Assembly (NCBI GenBank): GCA_021779255.1
Contig: JAJYBC010000001.1
Location: 1-52,869, forward strand
DNA from: a bacterium
Lineage (GTDB): Bacteria > Patescibacteriota > Minisyncoccia > CAIUEV01
DNA length: 52,869 nt
Direction of reading: 5' to 3'
Made by a program: the position numbers and the translations under genes. Within the stretch, counting starts at the first letter, position 1. The number at the start of each line of letters is the position of its first letter. Below are positions 7,053 through 15,963 of the stretch, piece after piece. Below the pieces are notes generated by a model, which worked only from the letters and a program-made list of their open reading frames with translations, did no database searches and was not told the origin of the DNA.

Positions 7053-8600
7053 TTATTCCACGATAATTTCCCCTGACAATTTATTGATTTTTTTGATTTT
7101 AATCAATAAAGCCAAAAAAGCTCCAGTAAAAAGGAAAAGAGAAGAAATGGCAAAAACAGTGTCATAAGCGGAAATCTGGGCTTTTAAGATAACTAACGAA
7201 ATAAATGTCGGGAGGTAGTTTGTCATTGGCTTTAAACCAATAGCGACTGAATTGATAGCGCTATGACTGGCGATGGTGAGAACGTTGGAATTGGTGGCGT
7301 CGCTCAAAATAGTACTAAAAATAGCGATGCCAAAAGCTCCCGCAATGTTTCTGGCTAAGGCGAGAATAGACGAAGCGATGCCAATTTCATTGACGGGAAC
7401 GATAGAAGCGATAATATTGGTTCTTTGCGCCATACCGAGACCCATACCAAAGGCCATAATGGAAAGGGGAATGATTATACCCAAGGCTCCCGACCGAGGG
7501 TCAAGATAAGAAAAAAGGTAAAGGCCGATTCCGGCGATGAAAGTGCTGATAGCAATAATAAAGCGAGGCTGTATTTTTTCTCCTAAAAAAACTCCCAAGG
7601 GGGAAGAAGCTACCATAATAAAGGCCATAGGGATAAATAAATAACCGGTTTGGGTGGCATCGTAGCCTAAAAAAGTTTGAGCGAAGATCGGAATCAAAAA
7701 AATACCTCCCATCATGCCCATAAAAATTAGAAAATTATTGATGAGAGTATGAATAAAAGCGCCAATTTTGAAAAATTTGAAATCGACGAGTGGCTCGGGA
7801 TGTTTTTTTTCAATCCGGATAAAAACAGCGAGAAAAATTAAGACGGAAAGATAGCAAGAAAAACTGTTGAGCGAGGTCCAGCCCCATTCCAATCCTTTGT
7901 CAAGAACCAAAACTAAAGCGGAAAGAGCGATGCCTAAAGTGCCGGCGCCCCAAAAATCAAATTTGACTGTTTTCTTTTCCGAAACGGATTCCCGAATAAA
8001 AGACATGGCCATCAAAATACCGATAATTCCGATAGGTAAGTTAATTAAAAAGACTGATCGCCAGCTAAAATTATCAATTAACGGACCTCCAATTAACGGT
8101 CCAAAGACAGCCGCGGCCGCGAAAGAGGCCGACCAAATTCCAAGAGCCTGAGCTCTTTCTTTGCCTTCGCGAAAGGTAACGGCAATGATGGCCATAGCGG
8201 TTGGATAATCGGCTGAACTGGCGATGGCTTGAATAATACGAAAAACAATCATAGAACTTAAATCCCACGCAAGTCCGGCTAGAACTGAACCGAAAATAAA
8301 AATAGAAAAACCCAAGATATAAACTTTTTTTCGGCCAATAGTGTCGCCTAATTTTCCCCAGATGGGGACGAAAATAGCGTTGGCTAAAATGTAAGCGGTA
8401 GCGATCCAGCCGGCTGCCGAAACGGTAATATTAAAATCGCCAATGATTTTTGGTAAAGCCAAATTGACGATAGTTTGATCGAGCCGTCCCAAAAAAGTAC
8501 CGATAATAACCGTAAGGAGCACCAACCAGCGCAAGTTATCGGGATTATTTTTGATTGATCTTATTTTTTTAATCATAGAAGCTAATCTTTGAAAATCCAA
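7053..8600 (-). CDS. MFS efflux transporter, DHA2 (EmrB/QacA-like, 14-TMS) family
   Basis: 515 aa polytopic protein with N-terminal LDQTIVNLALP and GKLGDTIGRKK MFS motifs. Confidence 0.8.
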   Translation of the reverse strand: MDFQRLASMIKKIRSIKNNPDNLRWLVLLTVIIGTFLGRLDQTIVNLALPKIIGDFNITVSAAGWIATAYILANAIFVPIWGKLGDTIGRKKVYILGFSIFIFGSVLAGLAWDLSSMIVFRIIQAIASSADYPTAMAIIAVTFREGKERAQALGIWSASFAAAAVFGPLIGGPLIDNFSWRSVFLINLPIGIIGILMAMSFIRESVSEKKTVKFDFWGAGTLGIALSALVLVLDKGLEWGWTSLNSFSCYLSVLIFLAVFIRIEKKHPEPLVDFKFFKIGAFIHTLINNFLIFMGMMGGIFLIPIFAQTFLGYDATQTGYLFIPMAFIMVASSPLGVFLGEKIQPRFIIAISTFIAGIGLYLFSYLDPRSGALGIIIPLSIMAFGMGLGMAQRTNIIASIVPVNEIGIASSILALARNIAGAFGIAIFSTILSDATNSNVLTIASHSAINSVAIGLKPMTNYLPTFISLVILKAQISAYDTVFAISSLFLFTGAFLALLIKIKKINKLSGEIIVE

Positions 8601-9223
8601 ACTTTAGCCGACATACCATTTTTTAATTCCGGATATTCAGTAACGCTAAAACGAATTTTAATATTAAATTCTTTTTCTTGTCGGGCGGTGGAAATATTAA
8701 AAACCACATCTCCGCTGCGAGAAGTAGGACTGATTTCTTCGACGAGACCGGAAAATTCTTTCGTCCCGAAAGCGTCTACGGTAAAAGTAACTCTTTGTCC
8801 GACTTTAATTTCATTGAGCCCTTTATCCTCTTCTATTTGAGCGATAACTTTGAGTTCATCGGGTTGAATCATCTCAGCCACGGCTTCATTGGGTGCAAAA
8901 TTCTTGCCAAGACCGTCATTGATTGAGAGAATAATACCACCAACTTTGGTTTTAACGAGACTATTGCCAACTTGAGCTACGGTTTGGTGGGCTTTAACTT
9001 CGTCGCCTGCTTTGACAAAAACGGTTTGCAAAACACCTCCGCTAGCGGAAGAAAGATCGATTAAATCAGCTTCAATAGATGAATTTTCAACATAAATACT
9101 GTTTTTTGAGAGATTAAAATAAAGAAGGCCAACAATTATTGCAACAATAAAACCGGTAAAAACGAGAATTAAAAGTGACTTATTATTCTTTTGTTCTTCT
9201 TCTTTTTTATTATTATTCTCCAT
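8582..9223 (-). CDS. HlyD-family membrane-fusion / secretion adaptor (short)
   Basis: N-terminal TM followed by a lipoyl-like beta domain (VKAGDEVKAHQTVAQV). Overlaps the MFS start and lies in the same operon. Confidence 0.6.
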   Translation of the reverse strand: MENNNKKEEEQKNNKSLLILVFTGFIVAIIVGLLYFNLSKNSIYVENSSIEADLIDLSSASGGVLQTVFVKAGDEVKAHQTVAQVGNSLVKTKVGGIILSINDGLGKNFAPNEAVAEMIQPDELKVIAQIEEDKGLNEIKVGQRVTFTVDAFGTKEFSGLVEEISPTSRSGDVVFNISTARQEKEFNIKIRFSVTEYPELKNGMSAKVWIFKD

Positions 9224-9232
9224 AAAAGTAAA

Positions 9233-10111
9233 TTAAAATCTAAATTTTATGTTGGCGCTGATACCAGAACGTAAATCGGAAACTGAATCAACGAAAATTA
9301 AAGTTATTTTATAGTTGGAAACGTTGTTTATATCCGTTTCAATCGGATCAAGAGAGGTAATTTTGGCGTTTAAAATTTTTTCTGGATTATTATCTAAAGT
9401 AATTTGAGCTAAATCGCCAATTTTTAAACGACTAATCTCGAGTAGGGAAGTGAAGCTCTCAATTTTAAAAGAATTTTGACTGACTAGCGTAATAATAGGT
9501 GTTCCAGCGCCGGCAATTTCTCCCACTTTAATATCTTGCCTGGCTATAATACCGTCGAAAGGCGCTTCTATAATCGTTTTTTTTAGTTGAGATTTAATAT
9601 TTTCAATGTTGGAAAGGGAAGCGGTAACTTGTTCTTCTTGAGCGTCAATTTGGGCATCACTGGCGGATATTTGAGCTCTTTGAGCTTTTTTGTCAGACGA
9701 ATTAGCCGTTTTAGTTTTTTTGAGAGAGCCGAGTTTAGCTTTTTGAACCTTTAGAAGCTCTTTATATTGATCCAAAATATCTTCCGAGCTTTTAGTAAGG
9801 GCTTCGGCTTGATCAAGTTGAGCTTGGAGATCGTCCGCATTAGTAGAAGCCAAAAAGTCTCCCATCTTAACAAAATCACCTATTTGATGATCTATTTTTA
9901 TAATTTTACCATTTTTTTCAAAGCCGAGATTGGCGCTATTTTCCGGAACAATTTTGCCGCTTAGCTCAATGGTATTTTGAATATTTCCTTTATTTACCAG
10001 AGTCTCTGTATGAGCCGGTCTTTTGGAAAGTGATTGGTAAAAAAATTCAGCTACGCCGCCTCCGGTGAGTAAAATAGCCAAGAGAATTAAAATAAAAAGT
10101 TTTTTATTCAT
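9233..10111 (-). CDS. HlyD/efflux periplasmic adaptor family protein
   Basis: Signal/TM, lipoyl motif (IGDFVKMGDFLAS), a coiled-coil hairpin, then a beta-barrel region. Confidence 0.65.
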   Translation of the reverse strand: MNKKLFILILLAILLTGGGVAEFFYQSLSKRPAHTETLVNKGNIQNTIELSGKIVPENSANLGFEKNGKIIKIDHQIGDFVKMGDFLASTNADDLQAQLDQAEALTKSSEDILDQYKELLKVQKAKLGSLKKTKTANSSDKKAQRAQISASDAQIDAQEEQVTASLSNIENIKSQLKKTIIEAPFDGIIARQDIKVGEIAGAGTPIITLVSQNSFKIESFTSLLEISRLKIGDLAQITLDNNPEKILNAKITSLDPIETDINNVSNYKITLIFVDSVSDLRSGISANIKFRF

Positions 10112-10219
10112 AAAGAGAAAAAAAGAAAGGTGTTAAATTGAGTTTTAAGCGTTTTATAGTCATATAGGAATAGTAAAGGTCTGTCAAGGGAAGAAAAAAA
10201 CAAAGGAGGCTCTACTACC

Positions 10220-10247
10220 TTGTCGCATAAGATACCTTGTGCGACAC
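10220..10247. other. dif-like tyrosine-recombinase core site (11-6-11)
   Basis: TTGTCGCATAA-GATACC-TTGTGCGACAC. The arms are inverted repeats (9/11). The CGCATAA arm core equals that of the XerC arm of E. coli dif (GGTGCGCATAA). Confidence 0.4.
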
Positions 10248-10510
10248 TATGTATTTATCTCCCCCGTTCCCTCAGGAGAGCAAAAAACGAATAATCAAGA
10301 ATGAAAAATAATATTTTTTTGTCAGAAAAACTTTCCGGTAAGTCTTCCCCACCTTATAGAAATATTTTTGCGAGTCTCTTGTGCCCCAAATGCTGTACCT
10401 GAGCCTCTTTTGACATATTCCCTCGATTGGTCAAAATCGGTTTTTGGCCGAAAGAGACTTCCCTGCTGATAATAAATACAAATAGGAACGAGATAATGAA
10501 ACGACATTTT

Positions 10511-10543
10511 AAATTAAAAAGCCTGATCATGTCGATCAGGCTT
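10511..10543 (-). terminator. Rho-independent terminator (minus orientation)
   Basis: Minus strand reads AAGCCUGAUC-GACAU-GAUCAGGCUU followed by UUUUAAUUU. 10-bp perfect stem. Confidence 0.75.
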
Positions 10544-11100
10544 GTGAGAAACAAAGACAAGCAATGTAAGTTTCTTGGCCAAGCGTGTTCTTGGTTTATG
10601 GTAGGCGTGAATTTTATCACCCTTTTTGTGCTACCGGCTCTTTCTTGAGCGGTACGAAAATTCCATAACCTGATGGAAAACTTAGGAAGGTGGTTATAAA
10701 AATAAACTCAAAGTTTATTTTTTGCTTCCACTACTTCAGGTTTTCTATAGCTTTGGACGCGTCAACTTACGATCACTGTTGGAGGCGATAAAGCCTTTGC
10801 TTCTCTAGGCAGAGCAAGTAAAGTTATTCCCAGTGCCCTCGGGATTTTCTTTACTGTCCGCTGTAAGTATCTTATACCAAATCAAACTAGCCGTAGTCAA
10901 TTTTCCTCATCTTGGCTCCTTCCTATTAGCGAAACTCAAGATAGAATTACGTTGGCGTTGTTGCCTTTGGGGGTTATCAATCTAGACAAAAACAAAGAAT
11001 TTCTCTCGGCATATAGCTACCTCCCGTGGTAAAAGAACTCAGCCTTTGGAATGTTGCCTGTTGCTTATTGCACGGCGAATTTTCCTCAAAAGGCATGGTA
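10544..11100 (-). ncRNA. Candidate large non-coding RNA (~0.55 kb), class unknown
   Basis: ORF-free and GC-richer than its surroundings. A CCCTTGACAG -35-like box lies at 11128-11137 (minus), but I found no convincing -10 at canonical spacing. The strong terminator at 10511-10543 marks the end. Many local hairpins are readable by eye. Confidence 0.3.
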
Positions 11101-11157
11101 AGTACTTTTAATATGGATATTTTAAACTGTCAAGGGTTTTTGGGGATAATTTGAACA

Positions 11158-11184
11158 GGGACAGGTCGCGACCTGGCCGGACAG
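11158..11184. repeat. Degenerate REP-like palindrome
   Basis: GGGACAGGTCGCGACCTGGCCGGACAG shares the CAGGTCGCGACCTG core with 5855 and 6960. Confidence 0.8.
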
Positions 11185-11209
11185 TAGTGTCGCATAATAT
11201 TTAGTGTCC

Positions 11210-12922
11210 TTACGGAGAAATACGAAAATCGCGTATAATTAAAGTTAATTTTTTTTCTCCGTTCCATTCGTCGCTACTAATCTCAAAAATGATATCTAAA
11301 AAAGTATTTTTATTGGTAACTAATGAACCGTGTCTATTCCCTTTCCCGAAGGCGATAGCCTCGAAATATTGCTCACCGTCTTGGAACCAAATTTTTAGAT
11401 GCTTATTATCGCTCCCAATTATATTACAGCCAAAAACTTTGACTTTTTCCGCTAAAAAAAGAGGAGCGGGATTGCCGGAGCCAAAAGGTTCCAGTTTTTT
11501 GAGGTCCTTGTACATTTTTTGGTTTACTTCGGTCAAAGAAATTCGTCCGTCAATTTGAATTTCTTGGACCAAATCTTTTTCCGAGAGTAATTTATCGGCT
11601 ATTTTTTGTAATTTTTTAGCCAATTTTTTTTCATTTTGAATATTAAAAGAAAAACCACCGGCGAAATCGTGTCCACCGTAATCGATAAGTAAATCGCGAC
11701 ATTCTTCCAAAGTGGCAACCACTTTGAATTTACCAAGACTGCGAATGGAACCTCGGCAAAGCTGATCCTTAATTGTATAAACGAAGGTGGGGCGAGCGAA
11801 TTTTTCGCAAATTTTTCCGGCTACCAAGCCTAAAATACCGATGGGCCAACCCTTTTGGCCGACAAAAATGAGTTTTTGATTCTTATCAACTTTTTCTTCG
11901 ATTTTCTGCACGATTTCGTGGGTAATTTTTTGTCTTTGGCTGTTTTTTTCTTCTAAATTGCTAGCAATTTTTTGCGCTTCAGCTTTTTCTTGGGTGTTTA
12001 ATAAAGCGAAAGCGAAATTAGCGTGGTCTATTCGACCGGCGGAATTAATACGAGGCGCGATTTGAAAACCAATTTGGCTGGTTCCAAGAGGATTTTTTGA
12101 GGAAAAATTTAGGCGTGCGGTTTTAAAAAGCTCTTGTAATCCAAGGCGACGAGTTTTGTTAAGAACAACCAGTCCATATTTAACTAAGGTGCGATTTTCT
12201 CCCAGTAGAGGAACCATATCGGCAACAGTTCCCAAGGCGACCAAGTCAAGAAGCCATTTTTCAAATCCGGCAGGAAATTGTTCCGGCACCTCTTTTATAA
12301 GAGCCAAGGCTAGTTTGTAAGCCACACCTACTCCCGCCAAATCTTTAAAAGGGTACCGTTCATTTTTCAATCGAGGATTGATAATAGCTAAAGCTTTGGG
12401 TAATTCTCTTCCCGGTAGGTGATGGTCGGTTATAATTACATCTAAACCAAGTTTATTGGCTTTTTCTATTTCTTCAATATCTCGAACGCCACAATCAACG
12501 GTGATGAGTAATTTTATTTTCTTTTTTTTAAATTCGGTAATGGCTGGAAAATTTAGACCATAACCTTCATCTTTTCGATCAGGAATATAAACCGTGGGCT
12601 CTGAGCCGAGAGCGGAAAGAGTGTCGCATAATATTAAAACGCTAGTTACTCCGTCGACATCATAATCACCAAAAATAGCTATTTTTTCTTTCTTATCAAC
12701 AGCTTCTAAAATACGTTTAACGGCTTTGGACATATCTTTAAAAAGAAAAGGACTATGTAATGTTTTGGTGTAATCCGGATTAAAAAAGTTTTCGATATTT
12801 ACTAAATTGTGGGGCAAACGATGATATATTAAATTTAAAATGATTTGAGAGTATTGAGGAAATTTAGTTTTGAAAGATTCGGGAGCTTGAGACAGAATTT
12901 TCCAAGTTTTACGTGAAGTCAT
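11210..12922 (-). CDS. recJ: Single-stranded-DNA-specific exonuclease RecJ
   Basis: DHH motifs (IFGDYDVDGVTS, TVDCG, ITDHH) and a DHHA1 region (GGHDFAGG). Confidence 0.9.
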   Translation of the reverse strand: MTSRKTWKILSQAPESFKTKFPQYSQIILNLIYHRLPHNLVNIENFFNPDYTKTLHSPFLFKDMSKAVKRILEAVDKKEKIAIFGDYDVDGVTSVLILCDTLSALGSEPTVYIPDRKDEGYGLNFPAITEFKKKKIKLLITVDCGVRDIEEIEKANKLGLDVIITDHHLPGRELPKALAIINPRLKNERYPFKDLAGVGVAYKLALALIKEVPEQFPAGFEKWLLDLVALGTVADMVPLLGENRTLVKYGLVVLNKTRRLGLQELFKTARLNFSSKNPLGTSQIGFQIAPRINSAGRIDHANFAFALLNTQEKAEAQKIASNLEEKNSQRQKITHEIVQKIEEKVDKNQKLIFVGQKGWPIGILGLVAGKICEKFARPTFVYTIKDQLCRGSIRSLGKFKVVATLEECRDLLIDYGGHDFAGGFSFNIQNEKKLAKKLQKIADKLLSEKDLVQEIQIDGRISLTEVNQKMYKDLKKLEPFGSGNPAPLFLAEKVKVFGCNIIGSDNKHLKIWFQDGEQYFEAIAFGKGNRHGSLVTNKNTFLDIIFEISSDEWNGEKKLTLIIRDFRISP

Positions 12923-13025
12923 AAAGCTATGTTAAATGGATTAAAACAGATTATTTCTTACATATTTAACATATCATAAAAATTGTTTTATAATAAAAGT
13001 CGTTATAAAAATAATACAAAAAAAA

Positions 13026-13460
13026 ATGAAGCCTTATGTCTTCATCTTAATTCCGCTTCTTGCCGGTTTGTTGGCGCAAGTAGCTAAATTTTTGATCTTT
13101 TCTTTTAAGCACGGTTTTGACTGGCGATTTTTACTGGAGTATGGCCATATGCCTTCTTCGCATACAGCCATGATGAGCTCTCTCATTTGGGCTATCGGCT
13201 GGTACGGTGGCTTTTCTTCCCCTGAATTTGCCGTGGCTCTAATGGTTACTCTTTTAATTATTAGCGATGCTTTACGTTTGAGAATCTATATCGGTTCTTA
13301 CGGAAAGACTTTAAATAGTCTTTTGGATCATTTAAGAATTGAAGATTATTCCATTCCTCCAAAACTAAAGGAGCGCGTGGGTCACAAGCCTTCAGAAGTT
13401 CTGGGTGGTTTAATCTTGGGAATTGCGACAGCTGTTTTTATTATCGAGCTAATTGGTTAA
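13026..13460 (+). CDS. Divergent PAP2 / DUF212 family membrane protein
   Basis: GHMPSSHTAMMSSL and RVGHKPSEVLGG motifs, with 3-4 TM segments. Confidence 0.65.
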   Translation: MKPYVFILIPLLAGLLAQVAKFLIFSFKHGFDWRFLLEYGHMPSSHTAMMSSLIWAIGWYGGFSSPEFAVALMVTLLIISDALRLRIYIGSYGKTLNSLLDHLRIEDYSIPPKLKERVGHKPSEVLGGLILGIATAVFIIELIG

Positions 13461-13475
13461 AAAATTATATTTGAG

Positions 13476-14534
13476 ATGGAATTGAAAGAAAATTCAGACG
13501 TCAATCTTTGGGAAAATTTTATCGCTAAAAATCAGCAATTTAATTTTTTGCAGAGTCGTTTTTGGGGTCAAATTTTGGAAAAAGAAAAGAGGGATGTGAA
13601 ATATTGGGAAATCTGGAAAAGAAAAAAATTAATCGGGATTTTTTTGATGGAAAAAAAATCGTTGGCTAGGGGTTTTTCCTACTCGGAATCTCTTTGGGGG
13701 CCGGTTTGGCTTCGCAGTCTGATTGGTGAAAAAGTAACGGATTTAACCAGAGAATTATTTAAACTTGTTTCCAAAGAAGAAAAAAGTATTTTTTGGCGTC
13801 TTAGTCCGCCGGCCGGCGCTTTGATTTCACCAAAAAATTCCGCTCTCGAATTTTATTTCGAACCTGATTATAAAAAAATTGATTCCGGTTTGGAACCTCA
13901 GGACTTCTTTCCCACTTTGGCTCGAACTAGACCGCCTAAGAAAACTTTAATAATCGATTTATCTCAAGATGAAAAGGAGATTTTAGCTCAAATGAAGGGC
14001 AAGACTCGCTACAATATTAATTTGGCTAAGAAAAAAAATCTCAAAATTGTTTGGAGTCGGGATCGAAAAAAATTAAAAGATTTTTGGCGGTTAAATGTGG
14101 TTACTTCTAGACGCAATGGTTTTAAACCGCATAGTTTCCCCCATTATTTATCCATTTTAGAAGTTGTTTTAGCTGGTGAAAAGGATAAAAAAAACCAAGC
14201 TGAATTAATTTTGGCTTATCACAATAACAAAGTTATCAGCGCCAATTTAATTTTGTTTTTCAATGAAACTGTTTATTACCTACACGGAGCTTCTTCCAAT
14301 GAGAGCCGTAATTTGATGTCGACCTATCTTTTGCATTGGGAAACTATTTCAAGAGCAAAGAAAGAAGGTTATTTATGGTACGATTTTTGGGGGATTGATC
14401 AAAATAAATGGCCGGGAGTAACCCGTTTTAAAGAAAGTTTTGGCGGTCAGAAAAAAGATTATCCTTCTCTCTATGAATTGCCTTTTAAAAATTATTATTA
14501 TAAGCTTTACAGAATTTATAAGAGGCTAAGATAG
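13476..14534 (+). CDS. FemAB-family peptidoglycan interpeptide-bridge aminoacyltransferase
   Basis: KGKTRYNINLAKKK and YYLHGASSNE...LLHWETI...GYLWYDFWGI are characteristic FemAB/MurM blocks. Confidence 0.75.
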   Translation: MELKENSDVNLWENFIAKNQQFNFLQSRFWGQILEKEKRDVKYWEIWKRKKLIGIFLMEKKSLARGFSYSESLWGPVWLRSLIGEKVTDLTRELFKLVSKEEKSIFWRLSPPAGALISPKNSALEFYFEPDYKKIDSGLEPQDFFPTLARTRPPKKTLIIDLSQDEKEILAQMKGKTRYNINLAKKKNLKIVWSRDRKKLKDFWRLNVVTSRRNGFKPHSFPHYLSILEVVLAGEKDKKNQAELILAYHNNKVISANLILFFNETVYYLHGASSNESRNLMSTYLLHWETISRAKKEGYLWYDFWGIDQNKWPGVTRFKESFGGQKKDYPSLYELPFKNYYYKLYRIYKRLR

Positions 14535-14654
14535 TAGCAAGATAAATTTCTAATTACCTAATTGTCTAATTTTTAATAAAAAAGAAGAAAAAGAAGAAAT
14601 TTTTCCTCTTTCTTTTTTATTAGAAATTAGGTGAATTAGAAATTTTCAATTTTA

Positions 14655-14726
14655 GGCCCTATCGTCTAGCGGCTAGGACGCTGGATTCTCATTCCAGCAA
14701 CCGGGGTTCGATTCCCCGTAGGGCTA
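14655..14726 (+). tRNA. tRNA-Glu (anticodon CUC)
   Basis: GGCCCUAUCGUCUAGCGGCUAGGACG..., anticodon arm CUGGA-UUCUCAU-UCCAG, T arm CGGGG-UUCGAUU-CCCCG. Confidence 0.9.
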
Positions 14727-15071
14727 CTGCTTGGTAACTTTTAGAACGATCGCTTTGAAGGTTTGAGGAAATTCGCTGGCCAGTTTTGCCAGTATTTTTC
14801 TGTCCAAAATGATATTTTGCTCTTTGAGAAGATGAATAAATTGACTGTAGGAAAGACCAAATTGTTTGACACCTGCGCTGATTCTCATTTGCCAAAGTTG
14901 TCGATAAGTGTGCTTTTTGGCTTTGCGGTCTTTGTAAGCGTTAGTTTGAGCTTTAATAAAAGCTTCTTTAGCTCTTTTAATGCTTCCTTGGCGTGAGCTG
15001 ATATAACCCTTAACGGCTTTCTTTAAAGTTCTTTTCTTCTTTTTGGCGTGGACGGCTCGTTTGATGCGCAT
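14724..15071 (-). CDS. rplT: 50S ribosomal protein L20
   Basis: MRIKRAVHAKKKKRTLKKAVKGY...YRQLWQMRISAG. The stop codon overlaps the tRNA-Glu 3' end in antisense. Confidence 0.95.
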   Translation of the reverse strand: MRIKRAVHAKKKKRTLKKAVKGYISSRQGSIKRAKEAFIKAQTNAYKDRKAKKHTYRQLWQMRISAGVKQFGLSYSQFIHLLKEQNIILDRKILAKLASEFPQTFKAIVLKVTKQ

Positions 15072-15130
15072 AGTAAATAGTGATTAACAAAAAATTAGAT
15101 TATCGTTTCTCTGGTTTATACCGATATAAT

Positions 15131-15337
15131 CTATTTAGCTCTCATTTGATCAGTGATTTGTTTGGCGGTACCTTTCGTCAAAACAACAAGACCCTTTTTG
15201 CGATCTTTCTGAGATGCATTATCGTTGGCATTATAATGGCCTTGTCCGGAGTGAAGACGTTGTATCTTGCCTGATTTACGAATTTTGAATCTTTTAGCGA
15301 CGCTTTTCTGATTTTTTAGCTTATACTTTTTAGCCAT
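15131..15337 (-). CDS. rpmI: 50S ribosomal protein L35
   Basis: MAKKYKLKNQKSVAKRFKIRKSGKIQR..., 68 aa, between infC and rplT. Confidence 0.9.
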   Translation of the reverse strand: MAKKYKLKNQKSVAKRFKIRKSGKIQRLHSGQGHYNANDNASQKDRKKGLVVLTKGTAKQITDQMRAK

Positions 15338-15423
15338 ATAATTTGATTAATAACTGGTTAGCAGACTAACATAACAAAACAAAAAAGCCAAATTTTACAA
15401 AAAAATTGGGAAGACGACTGATT

Positions 15424-15936
15424 TTATTTGGGAGTGACAACACAATTAAAACCGCGAGGACTGCCCATAATTGGTTGATCGGTTTGAAAAGAAAAATCCT
15501 CGGCCAGTTTTTTTAAGAAATTTTCAATAATTACACGAGCTAAATCACGATGAGTGTGTTCCCTACCCTTCAAAAATATTTCTATCTTAACTTTTTTGCC
15601 GGCTTTTAAAAATTCAACGGCTTTTTTTCGTTTAAAATCCAGATCGTGTTCCCCGGTGCGAACGCCTAGACGAACTTCTTTCATATCGATTTTTTTGCTT
15701 TTTTGACGTTGTTCTTTCTCTTTTTTGGCCAAACGAAAACGAAATTTATCGTAGTTGGCAACGCGACAGATAATAGGGTTAGAAGCAGAATTAATCTCAA
15801 TAAGATCCAGCTCTTTTTCTTGGGCGATTTTTAGAGCTTCTTCTCGGGAAACAATACCAATTTGTTGACCATCTTCGCCAATGAGTCTCATTTCTTTAGC
15901 CCAGATTTGTTCGTTAATACGAACGGATTTTGCCAT
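15424..15936 (-). CDS. infC: Translation initiation factor IF-3
   Basis: MAKSVRINEQIWAKEMRLIGEDGQQIGIV... The track extension to 15984 would overlap the tmRNA 3' end, so ATG 15936 is preferred. A non-ATG start cannot be excluded. Confidence 0.9.
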   Translation of the reverse strand: MAKSVRINEQIWAKEMRLIGEDGQQIGIVSREEALKIAQEKELDLIEINSASNPIICRVANYDKFRFRLAKKEKEQRQKSKKIDMKEVRLGVRTGEHDLDFKRKKAVEFLKAGKKVKIEIFLKGREHTHRDLARVIIENFLKKLAEDFSFQTDQPIMGSPRGFNCVVTPK

Positions 15937-15963
15937 AAATAATTTATAAAATTTAGAAAAATG

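Noticed and set aside
10201-10226. Resemblance of the minus strand (ACAAGGTAGTAGAGCCTCCTTTG) to the 16S rRNA 3' end (ACAAGGTAGCC...CCTCCTTT).
   Set aside because: Only two short words match. Helix 45 is missing and nothing 16S-like lies upstream, so this is most likely coincidence.
10237-10260. Group II intron 5' end (GTGCGACAC...) in the ORF-free block.
   Set aside because: I found no domain-V-like hairpin with an AGC triad, bulge and GNRA loop, and no IEP ORF. The GTGCG is simply part of the right arm of the dif-like inverted repeat.
10322-10648. Track ORFs 10322-10507(-), 10354-10620(-) and 10427-10648(+) as real genes.
   Set aside because: They overlap each other, lack SD sequences, straddle a strong terminator hairpin, and translate to low-complexity peptides.
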